Shown piece after piece: positions 38,982-49,545 of a DNA stretch of 64,000 nt. Under the pieces are notes generated by a model. The model was given only the letters and a program-made list of their open reading frames with translations, searched no databases and was not told the DNA's origin. The stretch is taken from assembly GCA_963718895.1 (NCBI GenBank), contig CAVRAG010000007.1, positions 256,001 to 320,000 of the forward strand, written 5' to 3'. The translations under genes were made by a program, and so were the position numbers. The stretch comes from an uncultured Nitrososphaerota archaeon (GTDB lineage: Archaea > Thermoproteota > Nitrososphaeria > Nitrososphaerales > Gagatemarchaeaceae). Position 1 is the first letter of the stretch; each line of letters starts with the position of its first letter.

Positions 38982-39290
38982 ATGTCACTTCCAAGGATAC
39001 AGTCCGCGTTGGAGAAGCTTCAGGCTCAGCTCTCCGAGACTCAGGCTCAGGTCAAGCAGGTCGAGGACCTCATAAGAAGCAACCGGGGCGAGTCCAACTC
39101 AAAGTCAGACAAGATGCTGGAAGATCAGGGTGCCAAGTTCACGAACCTCAAGACAGAGCTAAGCTCGATGAGGACGGACCTTAACTCCATGAAGACAGGA
39201 GTAACGATTCGCATAGACTCAATCGACAAGCGGATGAACAACCTCGAGATCAGTTTCAAGAAGCTCGAGGAGACGCTGAGGCAGGCCTAG
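38982..39290 (+). CDS. Coiled-coil hypothetical protein
   Basis: Heptad pattern, TTAAAT box upstream. Confidence 0.65.
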   Translation: MSLPRIQSALEKLQAQLSETQAQVKQVEDLIRSNRGESNSKSDKMLEDQGAKFTNLKTELSSMRTDLNSMKTGVTIRIDSIDKRMNNLEISFKKLEETLRQA

Positions 39291-39300
39291 GCAGCAGCCG

Positions 39301-40265
39301 CTAGGCTCTTACGCTACCGCCACCCGCGACCCTTAGATTCTTCCCGTTCAGGTCGACCACGACCACCCGCATTCCGTCCCACGTCGGGACAGGATTTGGG
39401 AGTGCTGCAGTGAAGGTTCCCGAGCCGTCGTCGGTGATCTTCGCTATGGCCATCTCCCCCGGAAGCTGCAGGTGGAGGTCGCGAGCCGCCGATCTCCTGC
39501 CTGTAATACGGGCTGCGCGAGAACGCGAAGCTCGGTCTCTCCGTTAGCTTGAACGAACCGTCGTCGAGCCAGGCTGCCTTGTCGAGGTCCTCTCGCGTCG
39601 ACTCCCTTCAGCGAGAGGCCCACTCTGATCCCCTCGCCCGCGCTCTCGTAGTCCTCGTCGTTGACCTGGATGCCCTTCACCTCGACCGTCCTCTCGGACG
39701 AGGAGGGGACCGCCCGCAGCTTGTCGTGGACCGAGACCTTCCCGCCCAGGATGAAGCCCAGGACGACCGTCCCGACCCCCTTCACGCTGAAGGCGCGGTC
39801 GATGTAGACTAGGGTGCCCTTGGGAGGGGAGTTCGGTGACGGCCCGATTCCCGAGAGGTCGATTATCGACGAGTCGCCTGCTCTTTCATCCGTCGGGTAT
39901 TCGGCCAATCTCAGACCCCTGAAGGCGGCCTTGGTCACCTCCGACGGGGCGGCGCCGTCGATTATCCCGACGGTCCCCGGGAGGCTGAAACTCTCGAGGA
40001 GCACCGCGAGCTCACCGTCGGGAGGGGCCAGCTTGCCGCCCTTCGGCAGCAGGTAGTAGGCGTAGTCACAGATCGAGGCGATCCTCGAGTAGCCCTGAAT
40101 CCTGTCAGGATACTGGGGGTCGTCGAGGAGTGAGTACCGCTTCCCAGCCTCGTTCTTGTGGTACACTATCATCCCTTCGACCTCGGACTTCTTGGCGACA
40201 GACGCCATGAACCGGGCCTTCTGCTCCTTGTCGGTTCCGAAGACGCCTATGGTATGACCGTCCAT
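39301..40265 (-). CDS. EF-Tu/SelB-like (aSelBL-type) protein with degenerate G domain (frameshifts near 39590 and 39490)
   Basis: IDRAFSVKGVGTVVLG....G, VKGIQ, G.RVGLSLKG domain II motifs. Confidence 0.8.
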
Positions 40266-40302
40266 GCCGCAGAAGCCGGCGGCCCTTCGAGCCGTATTAA
40301 AC

Positions 40303-41262
40303 CTAGAGGAACAGGTCGGTGCTGAGATACTTGAGGCCCGTGTCCGGGATGAGGGTGACAATCGTCTCGGTCGCTGAGAGCCTCTTCGCGAGCTTCAGGG
40401 CCGCCGCGACGTTTGCCCCTCCGCTGAATCCGGACAGGATGCCCTCCCTCCTGGCGAGCATCCGCGCGGTCCTGATGGCCTCCGCGTCCGTGACGGTCAG
40501 GTATCCATCGCAGAGCGCAGGGTCCCAAATCTCCGGGACGAGGGCGTAGCCGGTCCCCTGGATCTTGTGTTTGGGAGCGGTCACCCGCCTTCCCGCCAGG
40601 ACGGGAGCGCCCGCCGGCTCGACCACGAAGCACATGACCGCCGGATTGTGCTTCTTCAGAGCCCTCGAGGTGCCGACGAAGGTACCGCCCGTGCCAGCTA
40701 TGGCCACGAAACAGTCGATCCTCCCTCCGGTCTGCTCCCAGATCTCCTCTCCTGTTCCCGCGAGGTGGGCGGCGGGGTTGGCCGGGTTCTTGAACTGGTC
40801 GACCCTGAAGGCGCGGTGGCGGTGGACGAGCTCCTCTGCCCTCTTCTCGACGAGGGCCAGGTCTTCCCCCGTCACCTTCCCCGGGATGCCTCCCTCGGCC
40901 TGGGGGACGAGCACCACCTTCGCCCCCAGCGCCTTCATGACCCTCCAACGCTCGCTCGAGTTACCTTCGCTCATGACCGCAGTGAAGGGATAGCCTTTCA
41001 CCGCGCAGGCCACGGCGAGTCCTATCCCCATGTTCCCGCTGGTGAGCTCGACGACCATCTGCCCGGCGCGAAGCCTCCCGCTCCTCTCGGCGTCCTCGAG
41101 CATGTTCAGAGCCGCCCTGTCCTTTACGCTCCCGCCCGGGCTGAAGTACTCGAGCTTGGCGAGGATGCGCGGTCCTACACGGCCTTCGGCCCTGAGGCGG
41201 TCGAGGGCGACGAGCGGGGTGTTGCCTATCGAGCCCAGGACGCTGTCGGCGAAGGGAGCCAT
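40303..41262 (-). CDS. cysK: PLP-dependent cysteine synthase family protein
   Basis: IGNTPLV, KLE..SPGGSVKDR, TSGNMG, GTGGT, HKIQG.G, PDTG.KYLST. Confidence 0.9.
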   Translation of the reverse strand: MAPFADSVLGSIGNTPLVALDRLRAEGRVGPRILAKLEYFSPGGSVKDRAALNMLEDAERSGRLRAGQMVVELTSGNMGIGLAVACAVKGYPFTAVMSEGNSSERWRVMKALGAKVVLVPQAEGGIPGKVTGEDLALVEKRAEELVHRHRAFRVDQFKNPANPAAHLAGTGEEIWEQTGGRIDCFVAIAGTGGTFVGTSRALKKHNPAVMCFVVEPAGAPVLAGRRVTAPKHKIQGTGYALVPEIWDPALCDGYLTVTDAEAIRTARMLARREGILSGFSGGANVAAALKLAKRLSATETIVTLIPDTGLKYLSTDLFL

Positions 41263-41364
41263 GCCGTCGTCCCCGGACCGAGCCGAGGTAGGATAACTCT
41301 ATCGCCCTCCAGGGACGCTCGCACAGCACAAGACATTTCTATCCAGGGCAGAACTCTCGAGGTC

Positions 41365-42285
41365 ATGCAGCATGAGCCTCTTGTGTACCTGAACGGAGAG
41401 TTCGTCCCCAAGTCCGAGGCCAAGATCTCAATCTTCGACCACGGGCTCCTCTACGGCGACGGAGTCTTCGAGGGCATCAGGGCGTTCGGCGGGTACGTCT
41501 TCAAGCTGAAGGAGCACGTGGACAGGCTTTACCAGTCGGCGGCGTGCATAGAGCTAGAGATACCGATGGAGAAGGAACGGATGGTCGAGACGGTGACAGA
41601 GACCCTACGGAGAAACGGCCTCAGCGACGCCTACATCAGGCTCGTAGTGACACGGGGAGTCGGAGACATGAGCGTCAACCCCGCGACCTGCAAGGAGAGC
41701 ACGGTCTTCGTGATCACGGAGCCCGTTGCTTCATCCACGTTCCCCAAGGACCCGCGGGTCCTGAGGACGGTCATCACCTCCGTTAGGAGGGACCCGGTGG
41801 ATTCCACGACGCACGAGATAAAGTCGCTCAACTATCTCAACAGCGTCCTTGCGGTGCTAGAGTCGAACCGGGCCAAAGTTGACTACCCCGTGATGCTCGA
41901 CCACAGAGGGTTCGTCTCGGAGGGCTCGACCATGAACATCTTCCTGGTGAAGGATGGGACGATCGTCACGCCTCCCTCCTCGTCCGGAATCCTCCACGGG
42001 ATAACGAGGGAGAGGGTCGTGAAGCTCTGCAGGGAACTCAAGTACGCAGTCGTCGAAAGGGAGGTGACCCCCTTCGAGCTCTTCACCGCTGACGAGGCGT
42101 TCTTCACGGGGACTCTACTGGGGCTCGCGGCCGTCGGCGAGGTCAGCGGAAAGCGCATGGGTAGCGGAGGTGTGGGACCGGTCACGAGAAGGCTCTACGA
42201 CGAGTTTAGGGACATAGTCTCCCGACCGGAGGAAGGGACGCCCATCTCCAGGGTCGAGAAGATGAAGCCCGTTCGAAGGCGCTAG
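41365..42285 (+). CDS. ilvE: Branched-chain amino acid aminotransferase
   Basis: DHGLLYGDGVFEG, KSLNYL, SEGS..NIF, LHGITR, DEAF.TGT. Confidence 0.93.
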   Translation: MQHEPLVYLNGEFVPKSEAKISIFDHGLLYGDGVFEGIRAFGGYVFKLKEHVDRLYQSAACIELEIPMEKERMVETVTETLRRNGLSDAYIRLVVTRGVGDMSVNPATCKESTVFVITEPVASSTFPKDPRVLRTVITSVRRDPVDSTTHEIKSLNYLNSVLAVLESNRAKVDYPVMLDHRGFVSEGSTMNIFLVKDGTIVTPPSSSGILHGITRERVVKLCRELKYAVVEREVTPFELFTADEAFFTGTLLGLAAVGEVSGKRMGSGGVGPVTRRLYDEFRDIVSRPEEGTPISRVEKMKPVRRR

Positions 42286-42680
42286 CCGTACAGGGTCAGG
42301 ACCCCGACTCCGCATTGGGGCGGGTCTCCTCATGGGTCGCGGCATCGGCCGCCGGTGGTTGCGAGTCGAGACTCTCTCGTACATCCTTGCGGCAGCGATG
42401 AAGAGCAGGGGGACCGTCCAGAAGGCGTCCTCAGAGTCGTCCCTCCAACGCTCGTCGTGAAGAAGAAGGGCAGGGCGGTCACCAGAAAGAGTGCACCGGC
42501 CACGAAGAGCTTTATCGAGTCCCACTTGAAGACATGCACCATGTCCTTCGGGACTAGGTTCTTGTCCCCGTCAGCCAGGCTGATGGTGAACGAGGCGACG
42601 ATGATCGATCATAGCCCCAGGGTCGAGCGCCGAAGGAGAGTCTTTGAGTATGTTGAAGAGGAAGGGTTCCGGTTCGGCCA
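42282..42680 (-). CDS. Small membrane protein, broken by several indels
   Basis: Hydrophobic segments spread across frames (KLFVAGALFLVTALPFFF; AFWTVPLLFI); boundaries approximate. Confidence 0.35.
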
Positions 42681-42790
42681 GGGGAACCCGTCAGAGGGGA
42701 CCGGCGCGCCGCTCTAAAATCATCTTCGGAGTCTCCCTCGCAGAGCTTCCGCTGGGCAGGACTAAAAAGAGGTGGGAACGCTTTCGCGTT

Positions 42791-43060
42791 CTACTTCATC
42801 CACTTCATCGCTTCTTCGTAGGAAGTAGCGACGAGCGTCTCGGACGCGGCCGAGTCCGCCCCCATCATGGACATCCTCATCGGTCCGCTGATGTCGGGTG
42901 CCTCCGTAATCCAGACTGAGTCATACCTTCCCAAGGTCATGAACCCCTGATGGATCTTCACGCCCATCTTCTCGGCGGCTTCCATCATCATCTTGTTCAT
43001 GGCCTCTGCCTCCTCTGGCTTCGGGGCCTTCCTCAGCTTGACTAGGGTGATGAACCACAT
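42791..43060 (-). CDS. GYD domain protein
   Basis: TLGRYD.V.I.EAPD, SETL.A. Confidence 0.88.
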   Translation of the reverse strand: MWFITLVKLRKAPKPEEAEAMNKMMMEAAEKMGVKIHQGFMTLGRYDSVWITEAPDISGPMRMSMMGADSAASETLVATSYEEAMKWMK

Positions 43061-43249
43061 GTCGCTGGTAGCAAGAGTCGGTGAATATTTAAGTCAACAA
43101 TGACTACTTTGCGGCCGGCCTGCGACCCCTCGCTCGAGCGACCTTCGTGCCTCCGTCGACGCCACGAATGCGGCAGGGAATCTCGGTTGATTCCATGACC
43201 AGAACGGAAGGGCTCCGCCCGTCTTGCGGGGGACGCACGCATTGCCGGT

Positions 43250-43852
43250 CTAACGCCGCTCTGAGGGAGAACGGGACGAGAAACGCCTTGAGACCGCGTA
43301 GATGGCGAAGAGGGCAGCCGTTGACGAGGCAGCGAGCACCGCGAGAGGGTAGGGAAGGGAGATGCCAGAGACCGAGGAGTACAGAAACGTGAGCGAGTAT
43401 GAGAGCAGAAAGGCTGGAACACTGGTGTACGCGTAGGACTGCAACCTGTTTGTGAGGACCGAAGACTCGACGACCGTGCCCCGGATCCTCCTCAGGAGGA
43501 AGGAGAAGTCCAGCGCGGTGACCACAAGGACGACCTCGAGAAAAATGAAAAAGAGGTCGTGCGAACCCAGCGCGACCGACAGGAAGAGGAGCACCAAGAA
43601 GAAGGTCGACCTGTCAATGGCTACCATGAGGTCGCCGTTGGAGAGCGTGGCGAGCCCGTCGACCAACATCAGGGTCAAGAAGACGGCGTAGTAGCCAGGG
43701 AAGAGAGCGACGGCGGAAAATCCGAGGACGCAGAAGAGAAGGAAAGAATACGACTCGTAGGGGAGCGCAAGTCCCGTCTGTCCTTCGGTGGCACTCCTGT
43801 GGTCCGCAGGGACGCTGGCAACCTCTTCTCCGTCATCCTCGGCGCTCATCAT
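43250..43852 (-). CDS. Multi-pass membrane protein of the MoxR operon
   Basis: ~6 TM helices, coupled to the DUF58 gene. Confidence 0.7.
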   Translation of the reverse strand: MMSAEDDGEEVASVPADHRSATEGQTGLALPYESYSFLLFCVLGFSAVALFPGYYAVFLTLMLVDGLATLSNGDLMVAIDRSTFFLVLLFLSVALGSHDLFFIFLEVVLVVTALDFSFLLRRIRGTVVESSVLTNRLQSYAYTSVPAFLLSYSLTFLYSSVSGISLPYPLAVLAASSTAALFAIYAVSRRFSSRSPSERR

Positions 43853-45246
43853 CGGTGCCTCGCCGAGAGCGCGGCATACTTGGAGAGCGCCCTTCTGTGC
43901 AGCTCCATGACCTCATCGAGCGAAGCGGACGTGGTCCAGTCGACGACGAACGCGTTCGCCGACCTAAGTCGGCCCATGTCCATCTCACGCTCTATCTGCG
44001 CAAGCTTGAGGGCGACTCGCCACTCTCTCGAGTCAGGGCCCCCGGTCCTGGGCTCGGCGAGAGCGACGGGGTTGGGAGATACGACAATCACATCCCGTTC
44101 GCCATCACGGGTGAGTTCTGCGGCCGCCGAGATCGAATTGGCGTCCATCAGCGGTGAGACGAACACTATCTGGGAGATGTTGGGGAAGAACAGGTGTATG
44201 CTGCGCTCAACCCACCACTCGATGTCCGAACCTCCTGGCTCGACCTGAAGGATGGACAGGGCGATCCTGTCGAACTGGCGCCTCCCGTACCCCGGCGCGA
44301 TCCTTCGGGGTTCGGCCCCGGTGGTCAGGAGGCCTACGCGGTTTCGGTCGTGGAGCAGCCTCTCTGCGATTGAGAGGGCAGCCCTGACGGAGTGCACTAT
44401 GGTGGAATCGCGACCCGGGCGGCTCCCGGTGACCCTGCCCGGGTCTAGCACGATGAGTACCTCGGCACCGACCTCGGCGACGAATTCGTTGACGAGCAGC
44501 TCATCGGACCCCTCGGAGTGCCTGGCCGAGGCCTTCCAGTTGATGCGCTTCACAGGGTCGCCGGGCATCAACCTCCTGACGTTGAAGTAGTCCATCCCGG
44601 TCCCGGACCGCCTTGCCGCTATCTCGCCCGGCCATGATCTGGTCCTCCGCGGTCTGATCGCGAGGTGCTCGAGCTTCTCTGTAGTCTCCGGGAAGACCGC
44701 CAGTCTCGAGTACGACCTTAGCTCGGCCCTCGACTCGAAGAGGCCGGTCGAATCCTGCACGCGGAGGAACATCGGGCCGAGCGTGTGCACTCCAAAGGAG
44801 TTCGCGGACAACTCGTAGTAAAGGTCCCTGATCTCCCCCGCCTTCAGAGAGGTGGAGAACCCGCTGCGCGTATTCTTTCCGCGGAGTTCGGGAGGGACTC
44901 GATCTCTCACCTGCAACAGCGCGACGGCCCTCGGACCTGCGTTTCTCACTCTGACTCTAACGCGTGTGGTCTCGCCCTCTCTGATCCTCACCCGCTCCGT
45001 CGTTCGCTCTACCTCCAGGTCCGGGCTCTGATCCCGCGACCGGACGACCGTGAACCCTAGCAGCATAGTCAGAGGAATGGAGACAAAGATGAGGGGCTGA
45101 GCGACGAACAGGCCTCCGACGAACGAGATTATCGCAAGGTCAGCTAACAAGAACGCCCTGGCGTTCGTCTTCGGGCGTTCCCAACGGGGCGCGGCGTCCC
45201 CGCCGCTGGTAGCCTCTGGCATCGCCCAGGCCTCCTCTCGCCTCAT
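43849..45246 (-). CDS. DUF58 (VWA-like) protein
   Basis: G.DY..VR...PGDP.KRINWKASAR, L.V.EF. Confidence 0.88.
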   Translation of the reverse strand: MRREEAWAMPEATSGGDAAPRWERPKTNARAFLLADLAIISFVGGLFVAQPLIFVSIPLTMLLGFTVVRSRDQSPDLEVERTTERVRIREGETTRVRVRVRNAGPRAVALLQVRDRVPPELRGKNTRSGFSTSLKAGEIRDLYYELSANSFGVHTLGPMFLRVQDSTGLFESRAELRSYSRLAVFPETTEKLEHLAIRPRRTRSWPGEIAARRSGTGMDYFNVRRLMPGDPVKRINWKASARHSEGSDELLVNEFVAEVGAEVLIVLDPGRVTGSRPGRDSTIVHSVRAALSIAERLLHDRNRVGLLTTGAEPRRIAPGYGRRQFDRIALSILQVEPGGSDIEWWVERSIHLFFPNISQIVFVSPLMDANSISAAAELTRDGERDVIVVSPNPVALAEPRTGGPDSREWRVALKLAQIEREMDMGRLRSANAFVVDWTTSASLDEVMELHRRALSKYAALSARHR

Positions 45247-46202
45247 CCTGCCTTCGGCACTTCGACAGTCCCCAGCAGGCTCTCCACTATCGACTCGGGT
45301 TTCGTTCCCCTTATCCAGTGGTCCGCGGTGAGAATCAACCTGTGAGACAGAGCCGGGACGGCTATGGCTTTGACGTCGTCGGGCAGGACGTAACTCCTAC
45401 GGTGGAGCCATGCGTGCGCCTTCGAGAGCTTGAGCATGGCGAGCGAGCCTCTGGGGCTCGCTCCCACCTCGACGGCGCTGTGCGCTCGAGTCTTGCCCAC
45501 GATGTTTACGATGTACCTCTCGATCTCGGGGTCGATGTGGACTCCCTCGACCATCTTCCTCATCCCGAGGACCTCGGCCTTCGAGGCGACCTGTTCGATC
45601 GAGACCTCCTCACCCTGGCGCTTCGTCCTCCTGTCCAGAATCTCCACCTCCTCGGACTGGGACGGGTATCCGATTCCGACCTTCATGATGAACCGGTCCA
45701 GCTGCGCCTCGGGGAGAGGGTAGGTTCCCTCATATTCGATCGGATTCTGCGTAGCAAAGACGATGAAGGGGGAATCCAGCCCGAAGGTGGTGTTCTCGAT
45801 GGTGACCTGTCGCTCCTGCATCGCCTCCAGCAGGGCCGACTGGGTCCGCGGCGGGGCCCTGTTGATCTCGTCGGCGAGGAGTATGTTGCAGAATATCGGC
45901 CCCCTCCTGAGCTCGAACGCAGAAGTGCTCCTGTTGAGGACGTAGCCTCCTGTAATGTCGGCCGGAAGGAGGTCCGCCGTGAATTGAATCCTCTTGAATT
46001 CGCATCCGAGACTGGAGGCAAAGCACCGCGCGGTCAGCGTCTTCGCCAGGCCTGGGTAGTCTTCGAGGAGCAGGTGCCCGTCAGCGAGTATGGCGACCAG
46101 CACCTGTTCGAGGACTTCCTGCTTGCCGACGATGACCTTGCCGACCTCATCCAGGACCATCTTCGCCTTCTCGTCGATTTGGACGTCCGCGCCCAAACTC
46201 AT
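45243..46202 (-). CDS. moxR: MoxR family AAA+ ATPase
   Basis: PGLAKT, RIQFT.DLLP.D, DEINRAPPRTQSALLEAMQE, TQNP.E.EGTYPLPEAQLDRF. Confidence 0.95.
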   Translation of the reverse strand: MSLGADVQIDEKAKMVLDEVGKVIVGKQEVLEQVLVAILADGHLLLEDYPGLAKTLTARCFASSLGCEFKRIQFTADLLPADITGGYVLNRSTSAFELRRGPIFCNILLADEINRAPPRTQSALLEAMQERQVTIENTTFGLDSPFIVFATQNPIEYEGTYPLPEAQLDRFIMKVGIGYPSQSEEVEILDRRTKRQGEEVSIEQVASKAEVLGMRKMVEGVHIDPEIERYIVNIVGKTRAHSAVEVGASPRGSLAMLKLSKAHAWLHRRSYVLPDDVKAIAVPALSHRLILTADHWIRGTKPESIVESLLGTVEVPKAG

Positions 46203-46873
46203 GGGCCACCTGACCGATCCATGTCTCGTTCCAGCTTAGAGACTATCTTCTCGAGGTCGGCGAGATACTCGGCGCGGCCGACCTTCGGTGCGTCGCCCCC
46301 CGCACCCGTCCCTCGAGCGTGGCGTCTCCCCTCCACGACCGCTCGCATCTCAGTCTTGACCACTGGGTCGTCCTCATAGGGATGGATCACCGTCGCGAAG
46401 GCGTCCGACAGGTCCTCGTTGGACGGAGTCCCCTCGCCCCTGTTCTCGGACGCAGTCGACGAGTATGCCAGGATGCGCGCCAGAGTGCGGGCGATCTCTC
46501 TGCGCGAGAAGTCCGAGCCTCTCCCCGCCGACCTCGCGTACGATGACATTGTCTCGACGCTGCCGACGCTCACAAAGGCTCGATTCGCGGCCGGGCCCCG
46601 AGTCTCGCCGCCCACGATCATCTGACCGTCGATCGTCTGGCTCCGCCAGATCGCCAGATATATTATGGCGTCACCCTCCACGCAGATTATCGCGTAGACC
46701 AAGGGCACCGTCAGAAAGAGGCTACCCGCGACCGCGATCAGCAGCAGCGGTGCCCCGAAGGCCGCGTAGAGCACCAGGGCGCCCTTGGACACCCATCGCG
46801 AATTCCCGGCCCCGCGGCTCCCTCCGGCTCCGTCTTGGTCCATGCGTGGGGCTCCACTCTGTGCCTCCGTCAT
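46199..46873 (-). CDS. Membrane protein of the MoxR operon
   Basis: Two N-terminal TMs, coupled to neighbours. Confidence 0.65.
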   Translation of the reverse strand: MTEAQSGAPRMDQDGAGGSRGAGNSRWVSKGALVLYAAFGAPLLLIAVAGSLFLTVPLVYAIICVEGDAIIYLAIWRSQTIDGQMIVGGETRGPAANRAFVSVGSVETMSSYARSAGRGSDFSRREIARTLARILAYSSTASENRGEGTPSNEDLSDAFATVIHPYEDDPVVKTEMRAVVEGRRHARGTGAGGDAPKVGRAEYLADLEKIVSKLERDMDRSGGP

Positions 46874-47667
46874 TTAACACCACCCGACGAGAGCGTGGGT
46901 TCCTTGAGGGAAGTGCTGAGGTTTGAGAGGCAGGTCACAGCCTCTTGGGATTGTTCCATCGTGATCTCCTGGTCGCTGTATCTGGCGACCTCGAAGAGTT
47001 CGGTTGCCTGGGCGAGGGAGGAGGGCTCCACCATGAGCTTCTCAGAGACCCGCGCCCTGAACTCCCTAGGCGTGAGGACCTTCCCGTCCACCGCTGACCT
47101 CTCCTCAAGTAGCTCACTGATCATCTTGTAGCACTGGATCACGGTCTCCCTGTAGGATGAACCGGTGTTCAACCTGGCTACCGCTGCGTCGAGGATGGCC
47201 GCCAGCCTCCTCCTGTTACCCTCGAGAAAATCTCCAGGGTCTTCGAACGGAGCCGTCCGACCCCGTCGAGATTTGAGACCTCTCCACACGACGAGCACGA
47301 GTATCGCTGCGGTTGCAAACAGAAGGAGCCCGACGAGGTCGATCGGGGACAGGTTCACCAAGAGTGGCGTCTCCAGTGACTGGGAGTTCAGCGACGGAAA
47401 GAGCTGGCCCGTCACCTGCTGGAGGCTCGTGTCATTGAAGGACTGGACCACGGTGAGGGTGGAGCTCCCCTGCGGGACAGCCGCGTCGAGCGCCGATAGC
47501 CCTGGAAGGACGCTCCGGGTGGCAAAGTAGGCGACAACCACGAGGAGTGGAAACGCCAGGATCATCCCGAGGAAAACGACGACGCGCGACCGGAATCCTC
47601 CCCCGGCTTGTTCGGGGGGGACGCCGCCCTCCTCCGGTGCGGCTTCGTGGGTCAGCGTCGTGGCCAT
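46870..47667 (-). CDS. DUF4129 domain membrane protein
   Basis: VI.CY..., LTPREF, TELFEVARYS. Confidence 0.8.
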   Translation of the reverse strand: MATTLTHEAAPEEGGVPPEQAGGGFRSRVVVFLGMILAFPLLVVVAYFATRSVLPGLSALDAAVPQGSSTLTVVQSFNDTSLQQVTGQLFPSLNSQSLETPLLVNLSPIDLVGLLLFATAAILVLVVWRGLKSRRGRTAPFEDPGDFLEGNRRRLAAILDAAVARLNTGSSYRETVIQCYKMISELLEERSAVDGKVLTPREFRARVSEKLMVEPSSLAQATELFEVARYSDQEITMEQSQEAVTCLSNLSTSLKEPTLSSGGVK

Positions 47668-47825
47668 GTATGGTCGGTTGTGATGGCACACTGGACAGAC
47701 TAAAGGTTGTCGAATGGTTGTCGGCCGATGGATTTCCGATGCCCCGAGGATGAAAGACCCCTGGAGGCCCTGCTGGAGCTGCTGAACCATCTCCCCAGGA
47801 TAGGGAATCCACGCACAGGAGGATT

Positions 47826-47918
47826 TGGCGGGCCCGATGGGATTTGAACCCACGGTATCTGAGAGTTTCTCTTCAGCTTCGGAGGCTGACGCCCTAATCC
47901 GTACTAGGCTACGGGCCC
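47826..47918 (-). tRNA. tRNA-Arg (CCG) with a 14-nt non-canonical intron at 47857-47870 (position 45/46); CCA encoded
   Basis: GGGCCCG/CGGGCCC acceptor, TCAGC-CTCCGAA-GCTGA; BHB-like CTGA-AGA/TCAG-ATA; splicing restores the AGACC variable loop. Confidence 0.9.
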
Positions 47919-48062
47919 AAGTTCCTAGGCCAATCTGATTCACGGTAAAAGGCTTGCTCGAGGGCAACCGCGAGGAGAGGTTTCGCAGAACCCGGATCCT
48001 TGCGAAAGAGTTCGTGCGCGGCGCAATTATTATAAATTATCTCGTACCTCTCGACCTAACGA

Positions 48063-49406
48063 TTGAAGCCGAACATTCTGGTCAAACCGCCGGGCCCCAA
48101 AGCAAGGGCCCTTCTGGAAAGGGATGCAAAGGCATCCTCCACGTCCCTCCCGCGGGTGTACCCGCTTGCGATAAAGCGAGCCTACGGAGTCAACATCGAG
48201 GACATCGATGGGAACACCTTCCTGGACTTCAACTCGGGAATCGCGGTCATGAACCTCGGGCACTCTCACCCGAGGATAGTGAAGGCCATCAAGGATCAGG
48301 CTGAGCTCGCAACTCACGCGGCCTATCTTGAGTTCTACTCTGAGCTCCCGGTGAGGCTCTCAGAGAAGCTGTTCGAGCTCGTCCCCGGGATGAGCAGGAC
48401 CTATCTCGCGAACTCGGGGACCGAGGCAATCGAGGCGGCCATGAAACTTGCAAGGCAGCACACCAAGCGCAACTACTTCATCTCGTTCTATGGGGGATTC
48501 CACGGGAGGACCTACGGCGCGCTGAGCCTGACCAGCTCTCGTCTATCCCACAGACAAGACTTCGGGCCATTCCTCCCCGTGATCCACGCCCCGTACGCCA
48601 ATCCATACAGGCCCCTCGTAGGGCCGGAAGGCGACGAGAGCGGTCAGGCCGCCCTCGACTATCTCGAGAGGACGGTCTTCAGGATGGAGGTCGCTCCCGA
48701 GGAAGTCGCGGCGATCTTCGTGGAGCCCGTCCAGGGCGAGGGCGGATACATCGTTCCCCCGAAGGATTTCCTAAAGGGCCTGCGGGAGATCTGCACGAAG
48801 CATGGGATCTTGTACGTCGACGACGAGGTCCAGGCTGGATGTTTCAGAACGGGGAAGTTCCTCGCTAGCGAGCACTTTGGGGTCAAGCCTGACGTCGTCT
48901 GCCTCTCCAAGGCGCTGGGAGGGGGCCTACCCCTCGGCGCGATGCTCTGCAGGGAGGAGTACATGGACTGGGGTCCTGGGGCGCACGCCAGCACCTTCGG
49001 GGGCAACCTCGTCTCGTGTGCAGCGGGAGTGGCAGCGCTTGAGGTCATGAAGAAGGAGGACGTAGGACCGAAGGCGCTCCGGTCAGGCCATAGAATCATG
49101 CGGTACCTCAAGGACCTCCAGGGCGAGATCGACCAGATAGGCGACGTCAGGGGCCTGGGTATGATGATCGGACTGGAGCTCGTAAAGGACAGGAAGAGCA
49201 AGAAGTTCAACCCGAAGATGAGAGATGGCGTCATCAAGGACGCCTTCGAGAGGGGTCTTTCTCTTCTCCCCGCGGCGGACTCCGTCATCCGCATCGCCCC
49301 GCCGCTCATCATTGAGAAGGACGATGTGGACGTTGGACTCGAGATACTGGGAGACGTCCTGCGGAGCCGGGCGGGGAGCTGGGGACTCGCGAACCCACCT
49401 CGGTGA
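48063..49406 (+). CDS. Class III PLP aminotransferase (GABA/acetylornithine type)
   Basis: DIDGN.FLDF, NSGTEA, FHGRT, EPVQGEGG, DEVQAG..RTG, SK.LGGG, STFGGN. Confidence 0.92.
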   Translation: MKPNILVKPPGPKARALLERDAKASSTSLPRVYPLAIKRAYGVNIEDIDGNTFLDFNSGIAVMNLGHSHPRIVKAIKDQAELATHAAYLEFYSELPVRLSEKLFELVPGMSRTYLANSGTEAIEAAMKLARQHTKRNYFISFYGGFHGRTYGALSLTSSRLSHRQDFGPFLPVIHAPYANPYRPLVGPEGDESGQAALDYLERTVFRMEVAPEEVAAIFVEPVQGEGGYIVPPKDFLKGLREICTKHGILYVDDEVQAGCFRTGKFLASEHFGVKPDVVCLSKALGGGLPLGAMLCREEYMDWGPGAHASTFGGNLVSCAAGVAALEVMKKEDVGPKALRSGHRIMRYLKDLQGEIDQIGDVRGLGMMIGLELVKDRKSKKFNPKMRDGVIKDAFERGLSLLPAADSVIRIAPPLIIEKDDVDVGLEILGDVLRSRAGSWGLANPPR

Positions 49407-49545
49407 ATCGGACGAGCGGGAGAGAGGCATCCGCCATGTGACCATGGAACAACCCTCTTGCGCCGGTTCGACCTCTCCTGGAAATCCGGAGCTCTCCCGG
49501 CAAAGGAATAAATAATATTCCATATGTTATAGGGCCGCCAAAAGT

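Noticed and set aside
43250-47667. MoxR-DUF58-DUF4129 operon as a novel system
   Set aside because: Well-known, widespread gene arrangement.
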